Shown: one piece after another, positions 26,449 through 39,500 of the stretch
How the letters are laid out: the number at the start of each line of letters is the position of its first letter
Position numbering within the stretch: the first letter of the stretch is position 1
NCBI GenBank assembly: GCA_038496445.1
Contig: JALMLS010000204.1
Span: forward strand, 368,513 to 432,512
Direction: 5' to 3'
Length of the DNA stretch: 64,000 nt
Source of the DNA: Trichosphaerium sp. ATCC 40318
Lineage: Eukaryota; Protista; Tubulinea
Translations under genes and position numbers: made by a program
The notes under the pieces: generated by a model
Seen by the model: only the letters and a program-made list of their open reading frames with translations
The model's database searches: none
Told to the model about the DNA's origin: nothing

Positions 26449-28049
26449 ATGGCAGCTTCGGGTATGCTCTTATCAACATTACCGCCTGAGTTGCTCTATT
26501 ATTGCGCAAACGTGCGAAAACTAATTTACAACAATCAAATACCTAACTATTAGCAGATAGCAGATAAAACAACTTCAGGACGCTTGATAAGCACTTGTAA
26601 TGATCTACGTAACACACTAGACACTGAATCGTACTGGAAGACCGTGTGGTATGTCAGGCTAGTTTAAAAGCGCGTCAGCTTCCACAAATACCCTAATCCT
26701 CCAAATTGTAAACTAATCTTTCACAAAACAATAGTGTACGCGATACTGGCAAAGAGCAAGTAGATTCAAAGCTTCCCGGCTTAAAATGGAAGGAGTGGTT
26801 TGTAATTTCAACACAAAAAACGCTGATAGTACAGGCAGGTGATTCTTCGTACGTACACAAGCAGGCTTTGCATATTCAACGCCTTTAATTAAATCCTGCA
26901 TCAAAAACGACACACGTTTTCTTCAAACTCTACAAAAACCTTTATGATTTACGCGGTTTCAACAGTAAAGATTTGGACGCCCTAGGCGAACTATTGACAA
27001 AAGAAAAGTTTCCACACGACACGCATTTCATAAAAATAGCAATTGATTCAAAGGTACAAGAATTACGCCGTATTGTGCCATCTTACCATACTGTGCTTTT
27101 CTACTGTGACGGTCGTATGAACGAAAAGCTTAGAGATTCTATTGGCAATATATTTGTACAACTGATTAGCCGTGGAGGTGGTAAGTAGTTTTTTTTTCCA
27201 ATATTCCAGATGTCTTTAAACCGACGCCTTTCACTGACACGTGAATGTTATTTTTATGCTTATTACGCTACTGGAATTGCAGTGTTACCTGATGATCGTC
27301 TCTTACTTACTTTTCTTGTATAGCACTCGTTCTTGGAGCCTTTGCTACAGCGAATAAAAGTGAAGCACCAGGAGGGTTTTTTTCTTGTCCTGGGAAAGAA
27401 TACAATCCTATGAAGCTCTCAGGGCAAAGAGACGTTGAGCAATATGTAGCATTATCAGAAGAAGTGCTAAAACATCCAATATTTCATAAGCTAGTATCAT
27501 TGCCTACATTCACTTATCGAGTACGTTAAGACTTAGTAAATACAATAAGAAAAAAATTGGAATCGTTTTGATTTTTGTTTTAAGCTATTAATAGGGATCC
27601 GGACAACTAGAAAAAGGTGCAAAACTTATTGCAAGGTACACTGCAAACACTAGATCTTCCGATTACTCTCAAGATGAAGAAGGAAAAGGATCTGTGTTTG
27701 CAGCAGAACGTGAAGTAAGTTCACAAAAAAAAAGTAGTTTTATGTTTTGTTATCATATGCTTACTTACTACTTTTTTTTGAAATCTAGGTTGTAAATGAG
27801 GATGGCAATAATGGATTTATTCTAGCGCTGAATTTGTATCCATCTTTAGATGGTGGTTGGCTGAATTATTCATCAACAACAAATCCGGATGGCACAGAAG
27901 GAGAGGAAATTGATTGTGATTATCGTGTACTTCATCTATTAATTAATAGTATGAGATACGCTATGTATAATGGTACAAAAGGAGGTCCAATAGATACTAC
28001 CACTATGCAATCTTTCATATCAAAAGTTAAGTCAGCTCTTCATTTGTAA
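26449..28049 (+). CDS. F-box protein with C-terminal alpha/beta (class I GATase-like) domain
   Basis: LLSTLPPELLYYCANQ...LISTCNDLRN...YWKTVC; then SIGNIFVQLISRGGALVLGAF...HPIF...GAKLIARY...ILALNLYP...LLINSMRY. Confidence 0.65.
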
Positions 28050-28261
28050 AATAAAATTAATAAAAAGGCCAAAATAGATTGACATAAAAAACCACGTGAC
28101 ATTCACTGCTGGCAAAAAAAAATCAACATCTAGCAACTCACACTTCTCAGAAAGAAGGGTAAAATGTAGGTTGTGTTTCCTATAAACACTTCCATTAACT
28201 TACACGTGATCGATAAAAACCTTTTAGATTTTTTTTTTTATTACAAACATGGCGTGGCAGT

Positions 28262-30336
28262 CTATTGTGCAGCTTTTTTCTTTGCCTCTTGTTTTGCTAA
28301 AAACTCTCTATTACAATAATAAGTAAGTAATTAGTTATAATTTTTATAAAAATAAGTATAGAGACTAAGCTTGAGGGTAGGTGTACCTTCTCTTTTGTTC
28401 CATAAAGAGTTTTTTCCTGTTTTGTAAACTTGATTGACGATCCTCAGATGTAGCACCAAAACTATCTGCAATTGCTCCAGGTTCAGCTTGTCTACCTTTA
28501 CTTGCCTTACTCATAGACTCTGGGTCAGGCTCAATATTTAAGCTCAAGCCCCAATGGTCTGAAAGTTCCTTTCCTTAAGAAAACGTCAGAAGCAAGAACC
28601 AAAAAAAACAAGCAATGAAGTTTGTTCTCGCCAGATTTTTCCCAAGAGGTCGGTTGTACCGTCGTGAAAAAGCACAAAAAAAATTTCTTTAATTTTCTAT
28701 TATATTGTAGCAACAATTTATCATTTGTAAACATCACGTGTAAATCAGATGACAAAACTTTTCGTTTCCCTTTCCAAAACTTGATGAAAAAAAAAAAGTG
28801 TTCGCACTTTTGATGTATGTACCTTTTTCTTGCTTAATAATATCACACTTATTACATTTCACCTTTAGAAATTCAACTGTTCTATTACTTTGTTTAAAAT
28901 AATCAAAAGCCCATAACATATCCAAGCGTCCTGTATCATAATCTTCAAAAGCATAACTATTTTCACCATCATATGTTTTAACCTTCGCCAAATCTTCATC
29001 TGGATGTGTCTCAACATACAAGTCACGTGCACCATTCTTAAATATTTGTGTTTTCATCTTATCGTATAGTTCTAAACCAAACAATCAGACTACAAAGCGC
29101 ACAAACCAAAAAACGTGGAAATCGAAAAAAAAAAGGAAAAAAAATTTCAAACAAACTGTCTTTTCTTTACTAATCATGTAATTCTTAATCAACGAACCTC
29201 CACCGTTAATGTTGAAGTCCCCACCAAGTACTACAGCGCACTTATCCCACGAAAAGTTTCGATGACGTCTCAAAGAATGCTTCGAAATGAAGCCGCTTAG
29301 AAGTTGAGTAATCTCTATAAGCTGCGCATGACGTAATTTACAGAAATTGCTTGTCATTGTATCACAATCCAGATGTGTATTCATTAATAGCAGAAAACAT
29401 CCTATAAACCAAGTAAGAGACCAACACAGACAAAAAGTAAATCAATAGTCGATTTTTCTTTAAAATCAACTAAAAAGCCGTTTACACCGCCATAATATAG
29501 CTGTTATAGCTCGGAAAGCGAAGTACAATGTACTACTGTTTCTGACACAAAGCCAACATAAAAAAACAAAGTTTTTTTGAGGTTCCACTAAATGTCACTC
29601 CGAGGGTGACTTTAAACATAACTAACCTGGCCATACGTATGACATATCAAATAACATCATTATCACACCTTTGCATAATCCACCAAGAGGCATAGCTTTT
29701 GCCTAGAGGAAATATTTTAATCACTTTCAGCGACGATAAAAAAATTTTCACAAAAAAAGCGTTACCTCGAAGTCGCTAAATGTTTTAAATCGATAATGAA
29801 CCATGTCAATCAATGTGGCTTTCTTTGTCCACGCTGGCCACAACCCTACGACGTTTTTTAGGAAATACAGAACAGTTAACACGAACAAGCTCGTATCAGT
29901 GTTATAACTAGCTTAATACGCGCTGTTATAGTAAATTACGCACCTCCGTTTGCGTTGAACCAATATCTCATTGAATCAACAGCGGAATTCAAGGATAAGT
30001 ACGGCTGTAGCGTCATTGATAACCCTATGCTTTTATATCGCGGATGTATGACATGCGTGTTTTTAAGTGGCATTTCAACCTTGTCAGCATTACTTCCCCA
30101 CATTTCCTTCGCTCGTGGTTAATGTAAGACGTAAACTAACAAAGTACCTGTAGCATAACGAAATCATAGTCCTTGGCCATCATACCCAACCCAAGTGCTC
30201 TCTCTGGCTGCTTTACGCATGTTTTTGATTTATCGCCAACGAAATACGCTGGTATCTACAGTATTTAAACAAACAGCTGTAATAACTAATTGGTTACCAA
30301 ATATGCGTTGTAGCAAAGTATATTCACGTCTGTCAT
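28262..30336 (-). CDS. EEP superfamily (neutral sphingomyelinase-like) phosphodiesterase
   Basis: DYDFVMLQE, KG, NTHL, GGDFN, RLD and LSDHWGL motifs across exons. Confidence 0.85.
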
Positions 30337-30497
30337 GACGCCAGAGCTTGAATTGTCTTTGACTGCCCTTCAAAAAAAGGGTGGCTTAACACCCTTTCAA
30401 TAAAGCGTTAAGCGACTTCTTTGCCACCTCAACAATGTCGACACTTATTTATTGCTTACAATACTAATTTACAAGCGATTTACAGCAACCAATCCGG

Positions 30498-31568
30498 ATG
30501 AACGTGCAAAAACCTTCTTACAAATTAAATAATCCGTGGTGCGCTTGGCGTTAACCGCCCTAATAAGCACAAACTAAATAGAAGCCTAACAGCTATACTA
30601 GCACCGCAAACATCTGCGAAAATATATTAGACCTTCCTAATGAATTATTGACGCTAGTAGCTCAAACCTCTCAAGATGATGTTCGATACAAATTGGTTCA
30701 GATAAATCGTCTTTTCTCAGATATTATTCATGACAACGTTGGTTACATCAAAGCCATACTATCAAATCCTCAGCAAGTTGACATGATATTTATACACATG
30801 GGCGTTATGAGACATACAAAGATAGTCTTCAAATTAAATAAAGAGGAGTATCTACTACTGCTGTCGGGAGTTAAACACATTACTCTTCCAGGTCTTGCAC
30901 ATAAAAAAAACCTAGATGAGTCATGTATTAAGTTTTTATCTGGTGTACACACAATCAAACTTCAGAACCTTAACATCCACGATTCCACACTCAAATCACT
31001 TTCTGGAGTACACACAATAAATATTTCTGAGTGTCGCAAAATAACTGGCAAAGGCGTAAGAAGTTTGGCAGGAGCTCATACAATCAAGTTTGATTCGCTT
31101 ACGCTTGATGACCCTCGTGACTTTCAAACACTTAGTGGTGCTCACACAATCTTTTTCAACATAACAAACATAAGAGATGAAGATCTTAAAGTATTCGCAG
31201 GTGTACATGAAATAAGTCTTCATCAATGCCCTCAAATAACAGATAAGGGTATCAAATACCTCTCAGGTGTTCATACTATTTATCTTGGAGGTACTTCAAT
31301 AACAGATGAAGGTTTAAAAGCACTTGCAGGTGTACATGCCATTTACATGTTCAACATGGTTCGTAGATCCAAGATTACTGATGAAGGAATAATTGCTTTG
31401 GCTGGTGTTCATACAATATATCTCTCTTCCCTATCTTTTGTAACAGATAAAGGTATTGCTTCTCTCGCTGGTGTTCATACTATCAGACTCTCACTTAAAA
31501 ATGTTACAAACAAAGGCATCATTGCTCTTGCTGGTGTTCATAGCATAAAACTGAATAATCAAATGTGA
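30498..31568 (+). CDS. F-box + leucine-rich repeat protein, 2 exons (possible frameshift near the 3' end)
   Basis: Intron 30539-30592 links the ATG to ILDLPNELLTLVAQ...YKLVQINRLF; about ten LAGVHTI.L....ITD.G repeats. Confidence 0.8.
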
Positions 31569-32098
31569 CAAGTGTTGGTATTAATGCTTTGGAAGATACT
31601 GCACAAGTTGTGAAAGATGAAAAAGTATTACGTGATGTAAAATAAAAGTACAGATATTTAGAATCTAGAGTTCCTGAAAGTACGATTCACCCAGTTCAAA
31701 GTATCTGTTATCACGTAATAGTAAAAGTGCTCGTTGGTGATATCAACACAGGGAAGACTAAATCAGAGTATCATAAGACTATTATTCCATTGATTGACTT
31801 GGTTAGAGATCAGGCATATAAACTTTGCAATCCTGAAGTTTCTGGAACTATAGCATCCCTTCATGTTCACTATAAGCCCTGTCACGTGGACCTTAACCCT
31901 TATCAAATAACATATCCTAACAAGAAAGGGTTCAAACCTCTTCATTTTATTCTACAACCGTATTTACCAATTTGTCATTTATCTCCAAAAAAAATACAAA
32001 GCATAATGTTGACAACTCCTTACAACACAATGTTGTCAAGGTAATCCTCTTGCGTAATCTACTAGTAATGTTTTATCACAACAAGAACAAAATAAATC

Positions 32099-32185
32099 AT
32101 GTCCTAAGCCGCCATTATTTGCTTGCCACCTGAAATCAAAGAAATCGCAGCAGCAAGAAAATGGATACAAACAGCAACAGCATAG
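32099..32185 (+). pseudogene. F-box remnant
   Basis: MS*AAIICLPPEIKEI...; in-frame stops; resembles the N-termini of the F-box-MORN2 genes. Confidence 0.4.
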
Positions 32186-32853
32186 CCAAGGCACTAATCT
32201 GAAACAAGGAGTACACTCTTCGGAGGTATCGATATAGCGTTCTATATCATCTGGATGCCTTGCTACGCTCGTAGTATAAGTAAAAGAGCGTTGAATGTAC
32301 GTTTAAGAGTGTTTTAAGTAAAAACGAATAAAGCTATTTTTAAACGCGCGACACTCTGCTAGAAGTACTTTAAAATACTATTGCAAAGAAGGTGTACAGA
32401 ATACTACTGTTGGTTTATAACTTCTACGTACATGCTACTGTGAATTCGTCCCGACTACTACAACACGGGTAAAATGCGTATTTCGCACAAGATATTACTA
32501 CGCCCATTGCTATTACTGTATTTGTTTTGATTTTTATTGTGTATACGACTTAATCAAAACAAGTCGAAATCATTTTTTCGTACTTAACCTCTTTCAGTAA
32601 GAAAACGAAGAGACAACTGTATGATGACTCAATCAAACCATATACTATAACGTTTAGTTTTTTGTGTTGTCTTTTTCGGGCTGTACGGGTCAGTCGGTGA
32701 ATAGTTTCAGCTTTACCGGAAAAGTTTCAACGAATACGTTTCCATTTTTGTGTTTTTTTTATTCGCCTAAGCTCCCAAATATTGAGGGGTAGCTAAATAC
32801 ACAATCCACCACTACTTTTTGTACATATTCGAACAGTTGTGCACTTACAAAAT

Positions 32854-33391
32854 TTACATTACAAGAGTCTTGCCAGTAAACGAAATAAAGGTAGCTCTCC
32901 ACTTAGATACACTTTCATACTGAATAGAAGACCTCTGGTCTCCTAATCCTTGATACATCACTGCTTCTTGTGGCTCTTCCCAATAATCTAACAACTTGGC
33001 TATTTTCAAATTTACAACGACAAACAACCCTTTAACTTCTGCTCGACAACTGTTATAAATCCTTTAAAAATACACGTGAGCAAAAAGGTAAACGAAAAAA
33101 AAAGAAAAAACTAGATAACGACTTTTTGGAGTGTTTCATCCAAACAAGGCGCACGTTTTCGCTTCTGAGGGGTTATCTACAACATCTAAAACCGTTATAG
33201 CCCCGTGCTTAACTACAGCAACCATATATTGCTTCTTTTTATGCTTAGCTTTCAAGAACCCAGTCTCCTAGGCGTACAGTTAAATAAAAAAGAAAATACA
33301 ATCGAAACTTCACGTGGTGTACATCAGGAGGGCTAAAGTACTCTCTTGTTGGTGTACGTGGTTTTTTATCACTCCCACAGCAACATCCCAT
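32854..33391 (-). CDS. Small dually acylated PH-like protein, 3 exons (absent from the ORF track)
   Basis: MGCCCGSDKKP...PPD|ETGFLKAKHKKKQYMVAVVKHGAITVLD...T|IYNSCRAEVKG...SKWRATFISF; two clean introns. Confidence 0.65.
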
Positions 33392-33592
33392 GTGGAAAAT
33401 GCTGTATTGACGAACCAAAAGCTAAAATAATCAAAAAGATCTCTAGGAAAGAAATGGCGTCTTTGTTGACTGTAGTTGATTTACGCACTACAAAAAAACA
33501 AACTACTACTAGTGTTACAAGATGAGACGCAACTTTGCCGTGTGTCGGCGTCTTTATTGTACACTTGATTATTATCTCACTCCTTTCTCCTT

Positions 33593-36500
33593 TTACTTTA
33601 CAAAATGGTACATATTATTCACATTAACGCCCTGCTGTGCATAGAATACAGCAGGCCTATCATCAGGCTTTTTTGTTGCAAGCACCTTTGCTTCTTGCAA
33701 TAGAGCCTCCTCGTACATCATACCCAACTCACGAGCGATGATTATACCTTTGTCCCATAATCCGCGACTTCGCGTAGGCGAACCAAGCAAGTAAAAGAAA
33801 TATCCTGCGAAGAAAAAAAAAAGTCAGAAAAAGTATGCAATAAAAATTTTTTGTTGAACTCAAACTCGAGCGCTCACTCCGTTGGCTTCATATGAATTTT
33901 GATAAATACGTACCTCTTACTCTACAAAGTTGTGGCTTGGCTACTCTAAATACATTTGAAAAATTTTCAAGTAAGCATATCGATGCTTGTATCTTGTCAA
34001 TCATTTTCTCCTTTGTCATTTTAATTTTCTTCAAGTCTTCTTCAGAACCCTCCCACTGTTGAAAAATGTGCAAGTACACTAATGGTAGATAAACGTATGC
34101 TGTTATTGTAAATACGTTTGTAGGTGTAGACTCTTTAAGTAAAGACCAACAATTCTCAGCTGTATAGTATGCAAGTTGCAAATCGTTCCTGGAAAAGTAC
34201 ATTAGTCGCCGTTAGATTTTTTTTGAAACTCTTTTAATGGTTAACTAATTGCGCTTCAATTACGTACTGGTATAAGAAACGAACACTATCCAACACATGA
34301 TATGTTACTTCACAAGAAACATCCATCTTATAGGAAGATTTACCTCCAAATAGACTGTGTAATTCATCGTTCTTTTTCAAGAACTCTTCCTTAAACCCTA
34401 AACCAAGCAAATCTCGTGCTTGACTTAAATAGCCTAAGGTTTGACATTGCATATCACCTCTGATCAAGGCTGAATCAGTAGCATCAGTACTCATTATGAG
34501 TGAATCCTTTAAGCGACCTATTTTTAAGTTAAAGACAACACCAACCAGAACGCAAAAACTACAAAAAAAAAGCAGTACCTCTTAGGTGGTAATTCACCGA
34601 TAGAAAAATACGAGACTCATCAGCGACACGCATATCACCTTGCTGTATTGAAGCCGCAATAGAGCTCTGTAAACTAACTTTACCACCTTCAAAGAGGCCT
34701 GTACCAGTTGAATAAATACCTAAAGAGTTTAGTGAGCATACAAGGTGCTGCCTACATTTTAAAAAAACGATTTTATGTTACCTTGTGCGCTATCACGTGC
34801 GTGATGGTTACCAAACAGTTTCTCATACCAAAACTTGTATTGATGCTCATGTTCTGGCTTTCCATTTTGACCAGCACACATAACACCAAATGCAAGAGCA
34901 TCCCTTAGTTCAGGACTATCGGTACCTGTAATTACAGTTAACTTTTTGAATTCTCGTAACAAAAAAACCAATTTCGCTTACTTAATTGCTCAGCTACTGC
35001 CAATGCTCTAGCGCAACAGTATGTCATGAGTTCACCCTGACAACTGTAAAAGAATACCTTAAGAAGAAAATAAGTACGAAAGTATACAATAAAAGATGCA
35101 AACCAAAAAAGTTAACCTAAGGACTATGTACCTTTGACATTATAAGAAGTATCTTGACAATCTCCTTCCATTTAACACGATTATCTCTCTTCTTCAAAAC
35201 AGATGACAGCTTGAACCGTTTTATTGCCTTTCTAGCACCTCCAGATTTCTTTTGGATAATATGCTTTAATGTAGGGAAATCACAGTTCACCTTGTAAACA
35301 CCAGGAACCTGAACAAATGATAAATATTATCACTGTAGAAAAAAACTAAAGCATGGGATTTACGAGTGGTTAAAGTGTATAAAACGTACTGGTTCTTTGA
35401 GAGACTCTAGTGCTGTTACTAAATGACGCTTTGCAAAGTCAAAGAGACCCATACAAAAGTAACATCTTGATATTTGCCTGTGCCATCGACTAACACGCCA
35501 TAAATCCTTTAAAAGAGGCCTAGGTTCGTAAGTTCGTACGCCCCTTTTGGTCTAAGATTTAACATACATGTATCTTGGACTTGGTTCAGCGACTTTGAGT
35601 AGCTCATTGTGTAAGTTTACAGCTTTCATTAGGCACTATTTTTGGATAAGGATAAAGGAACAAATCCTAGAAAAAAAATAAAAGACTTCGTACGTCTACA
35701 CCTTCTGAATACGAATTAAGCTTCAGAGATCTCCGACCAGCTTGTTCATAATGTAGTATAGCACGTGCGTAGTTATTTGCACACTCCCAATGATGAGCCT
35801 AATGCGAGATTTAGAGAGGGGAAAAAAAAGCAGGAATAGTGTACCAAAAGAGCTGAAACAGAATCGACGTCATCACGGTAGTTTCGTTCATACCAATTAG
35901 CAATCTTCTTATGTAGAGCTTTCTTCTGAGAGAATAGCATAGTATCATACGCAACCTCACGAACCAAATCATTGGTGAATTTGAACATAAGATTCGGTTC
36001 AGGAGATGTAACACTGCATAGCGAAAAACGTCAATAAAAAGTCAAGTATGTCTTTTTTCTTCCAGAAAAAAAAAAGCAAAGGCAAGCTTCGTACCGTATA
36101 AGATCTAGTTCTTCAAGATCTGATAGAATGTTCATCAGACTTACACTCTTTTGTTCATCTCTAGCTGTATGAAGCGTAGAATAGTCAGGAAGGTTCTTAA
36201 CAGACTTTAACTTCGCTTTCGCAAGGCTATCCTTGAATTGTAGTACAGATTCTCTTGTAGATATAGCATCATCTGCTGTAGTAGGAATACGCGCAGATAA
36301 GTGCTTTTTTTTAACACCTTCAAGATTTCTCAATTTTTTCCTAGAACGCAGTTGTATTGGTGCTGTTTTTGGTACTGGCTCTTGTTCTTCTTCTTCTACT
36401 TTCTCCTCATTGATACTAGATAAATTAGCGTGAGCAAATATGAATAAAGACTGAGTTTAGATAGTGTCCAGAGGCCGTACGTTTTTGGTCTTTCATCTTC

Positions 36501-39500
36501 ACTTTGTTCAATGATATTGTTAATGACATTTTTCAAGTTATCGTATGAGTTAAAATAAGCAGTATGGTCGTTACTCTTTGACTGTTTTCTCTCTTTTCTT
36601 ACAGGTCCAGGAGAAGAAGATGACGATATTATATGTCTTTTTGACTTTCGCCTCTTTCTAGCACCACGCTGTTTCTTTAGATCGACCTTGAATCGCATTG
36701 AGTATTTTGGATCTTCTTCATTTACATCTTCTTTGCCTACAGCTGGTTTCGTTTCAATATTTTCATGTGAACGTCTAGGTCTGTCCTCGCTAGAGATAGA
36801 AGATTAATTAAAGGTCCCTCTAAGTAATGACAGTACCTGTTAACACGAGAACGACGTCTTTTGTAAACTGGCGGGCTACTAAAAGCAGTTAAGAATTTGC
36901 TTTACTAATTAAAAAGATTGGTTGCTGGCAAACGTACTTTTTTTCCTCTGCGCTATTACTCCTCTGCCTGTTGTGTCTTCTAACTGTTTCTTGTATAGAC
37001 GGAGGCATCGCACGTGGAGAGTTTCCTGGATCCGAAAAATCATCGGAAGACCTTTGTGTTGTTGTTAGTTTGAGGTCAACAAAAAAGTTGTTATTACCCT
37101 CCGTTTGGCAAGTACGATCCCGCTGCACCTCCAAGGCGCCTCAATCGTGTAGTATTGAGCCTTTCTCTTGACGTATTTGATGATTGTCCAAGAGCATTTG
37201 ATTTCGCTGGTAGTGTATCGTACAACAATACAACAGGGAAAATACTAGAACAAGTCTTCAGCAAGTTTTTTGAAAATGAAAAAAAAAAGAGATGTTGACG
37301 TACCTTCCAATACATGCTGCAGTTTTCACTACAATACGGTGTGGGTGTGCTAGTCTATCCAGTTTTGATGTTATCAAAGATCGGAGTGATCTTGGCAACG
37401 ACATTGTCTCCGAACGACCCTTTTTTGTAATACTCAGTCTGTTTTTACTATCAATTACAGCATCGCCAACTTGTATCATGCTACTTAACAACCCTTGAGC
37501 CAAAAGTGGGTTACAACCTGACTTATCGGCAAGTAAATCCTGTATTTCCTCTGGAAAAGACTCTATACGCCATTGAGACTTAAGAAGTGCAGTTATATCA
37601 TCCTTAGACAAGCCCTAAACAAACGGAATTAGATTCACTTCAACCTTCACTAATAATATTACGTACTTGAAGTTTAATGACTTTTGTTGTTTCAGCGAAA
37701 TAAATCTGCTGTAAAAAGAATGGTAGAGGAAACGTCATAGGCCTCATGACTAATACAATTATTGTACCGCTCATTTGAGCTACTGCTCTTGTAAGAGCCC
37801 AACTTGCAGAGTCCATCCATTGTATATTGTCTAGAATGACAACACGCTTCTTTTTACTTGCTGCTGTAAATGCAACTAATATATCATGGAGTTGAGATAC
37901 TCTTTTTAGAGGAGACATTCCCTTAATTTCCTAAAACACAAACGTCAAAATGTGACAATTTTTGTAATAATGCAGATGGCGGCGAAAGTACTAACCTCAT
38001 TATCTGCCCATTCCAGAGGAATAATACTGTTAAGTAAAGGAACATATGAAACCATATCAGGCTCCATTCGTCTTACCTTAGACTCAATATGTGCTGAAAG
38101 AGAAAAGGTAAGCAGACTGCTACTAATTAATAATAAAAAATTACCTCTTATCAAGCTAACATCCAGATCACTGATCGCATACAAGTCAAAGATATCAGCG
38201 ACAATACCTCTCCATGTAAAATATGGCGTATTACGCTCTAGAGAATCTGCACTACCTTGAAGAATAGATACAGTCTGATTAACCATACTCCCAATCTCAT
38301 CAGCAAGTCTTGTTTTACCTATAAAAAAAAACAAAAGTGTCAATTGGGTTTTTCAAACAGACTCATCTATAGAGTACATACCAATGCCTGCTTCTCCTTC
38401 AATAATTATAACAGATCTTATATTTTCTGTCTCATCTTCAGGTTGATTATTCAAGATACTAACACTTTCTCTGAGTAAATCGAGTTCTTCTTTCCTTCCT
38501 ATAAATTGCAACCTTATTATCCATTAAAACAAACATTGTACTACACACGTTCATAAAAATTATTCTTACCCGGCTCTTGGAGATCTATGACTGCTCGAAG
38601 GAGTAGACCTACGATGACTGAGGGGAGAAGAACGTTGCACTTTTACATCAATCGTTCCATTTCTCCTTTGATACTCAATAGCAGACTTTCGTATACTGTC
38701 TAGTGATATACTCTTTCCCCAGCTTCTAAAGGAATGGTATTAGAATATAAAATAACACACTACGCTAAAATAATACAAGTAGACATCAAGAATAAACCGT
38801 ACCCCATAGAAGACACTCTCAAGCTTCTTATTGTCTTTTTTTCCATTTTAAACATTCCTTTTAGGAAATACTGTGTAACATTTGTTTGAGTGTGAGGCAT
38901 GTAAACATTAACTGCTTCTTTCTTCCCTTTAACACGTATAGGCTTCAAAATATCAAATTCTACTGTCTTTTTTGTAGCCTATATTCTTATTTAGTAAGGT
39001 ACGAAAAAAAAGACTCATTTTTCTTTCCACAATGAGCAAGTCCAAAAAATAGTGAGGATATAAACGTACAACATATGTTTCATGGTCTGTAAAAATTTCT
39101 CCATTTGCTGCTTTACTCATTAAGCGTGCTGATAGATTCTAAGCGTAATATTAGTGTACGCCTGTACTTTAAGAACAGAAAAAAAAGTTTGTAAAAACAT
39201 ACAACAATGTCGCCAACCATAGCATATTCGCGTCTTTGAGAATTGCCAACGTCACCGCAAAACGCTTTACCAGTAGTAATACCTATTGAAGATTCAATAC
39301 CTAGAGCCAGAAGGTGCCTAAACAACAACAAAGTCAGAAAATAAATAAAAAAATAAATTTACCCTTGAATCTCAGCTGCAGCTCTAACAGCTCTTAAGGG
39401 ATCATCTTCATGTGCTAGTGGAGGTAGCCCGAAAGCTACAATTAATACGCTACCCTATACAACGTTTTAGACGCTGTACATTTTGCAAGGTCGTAAAAAC

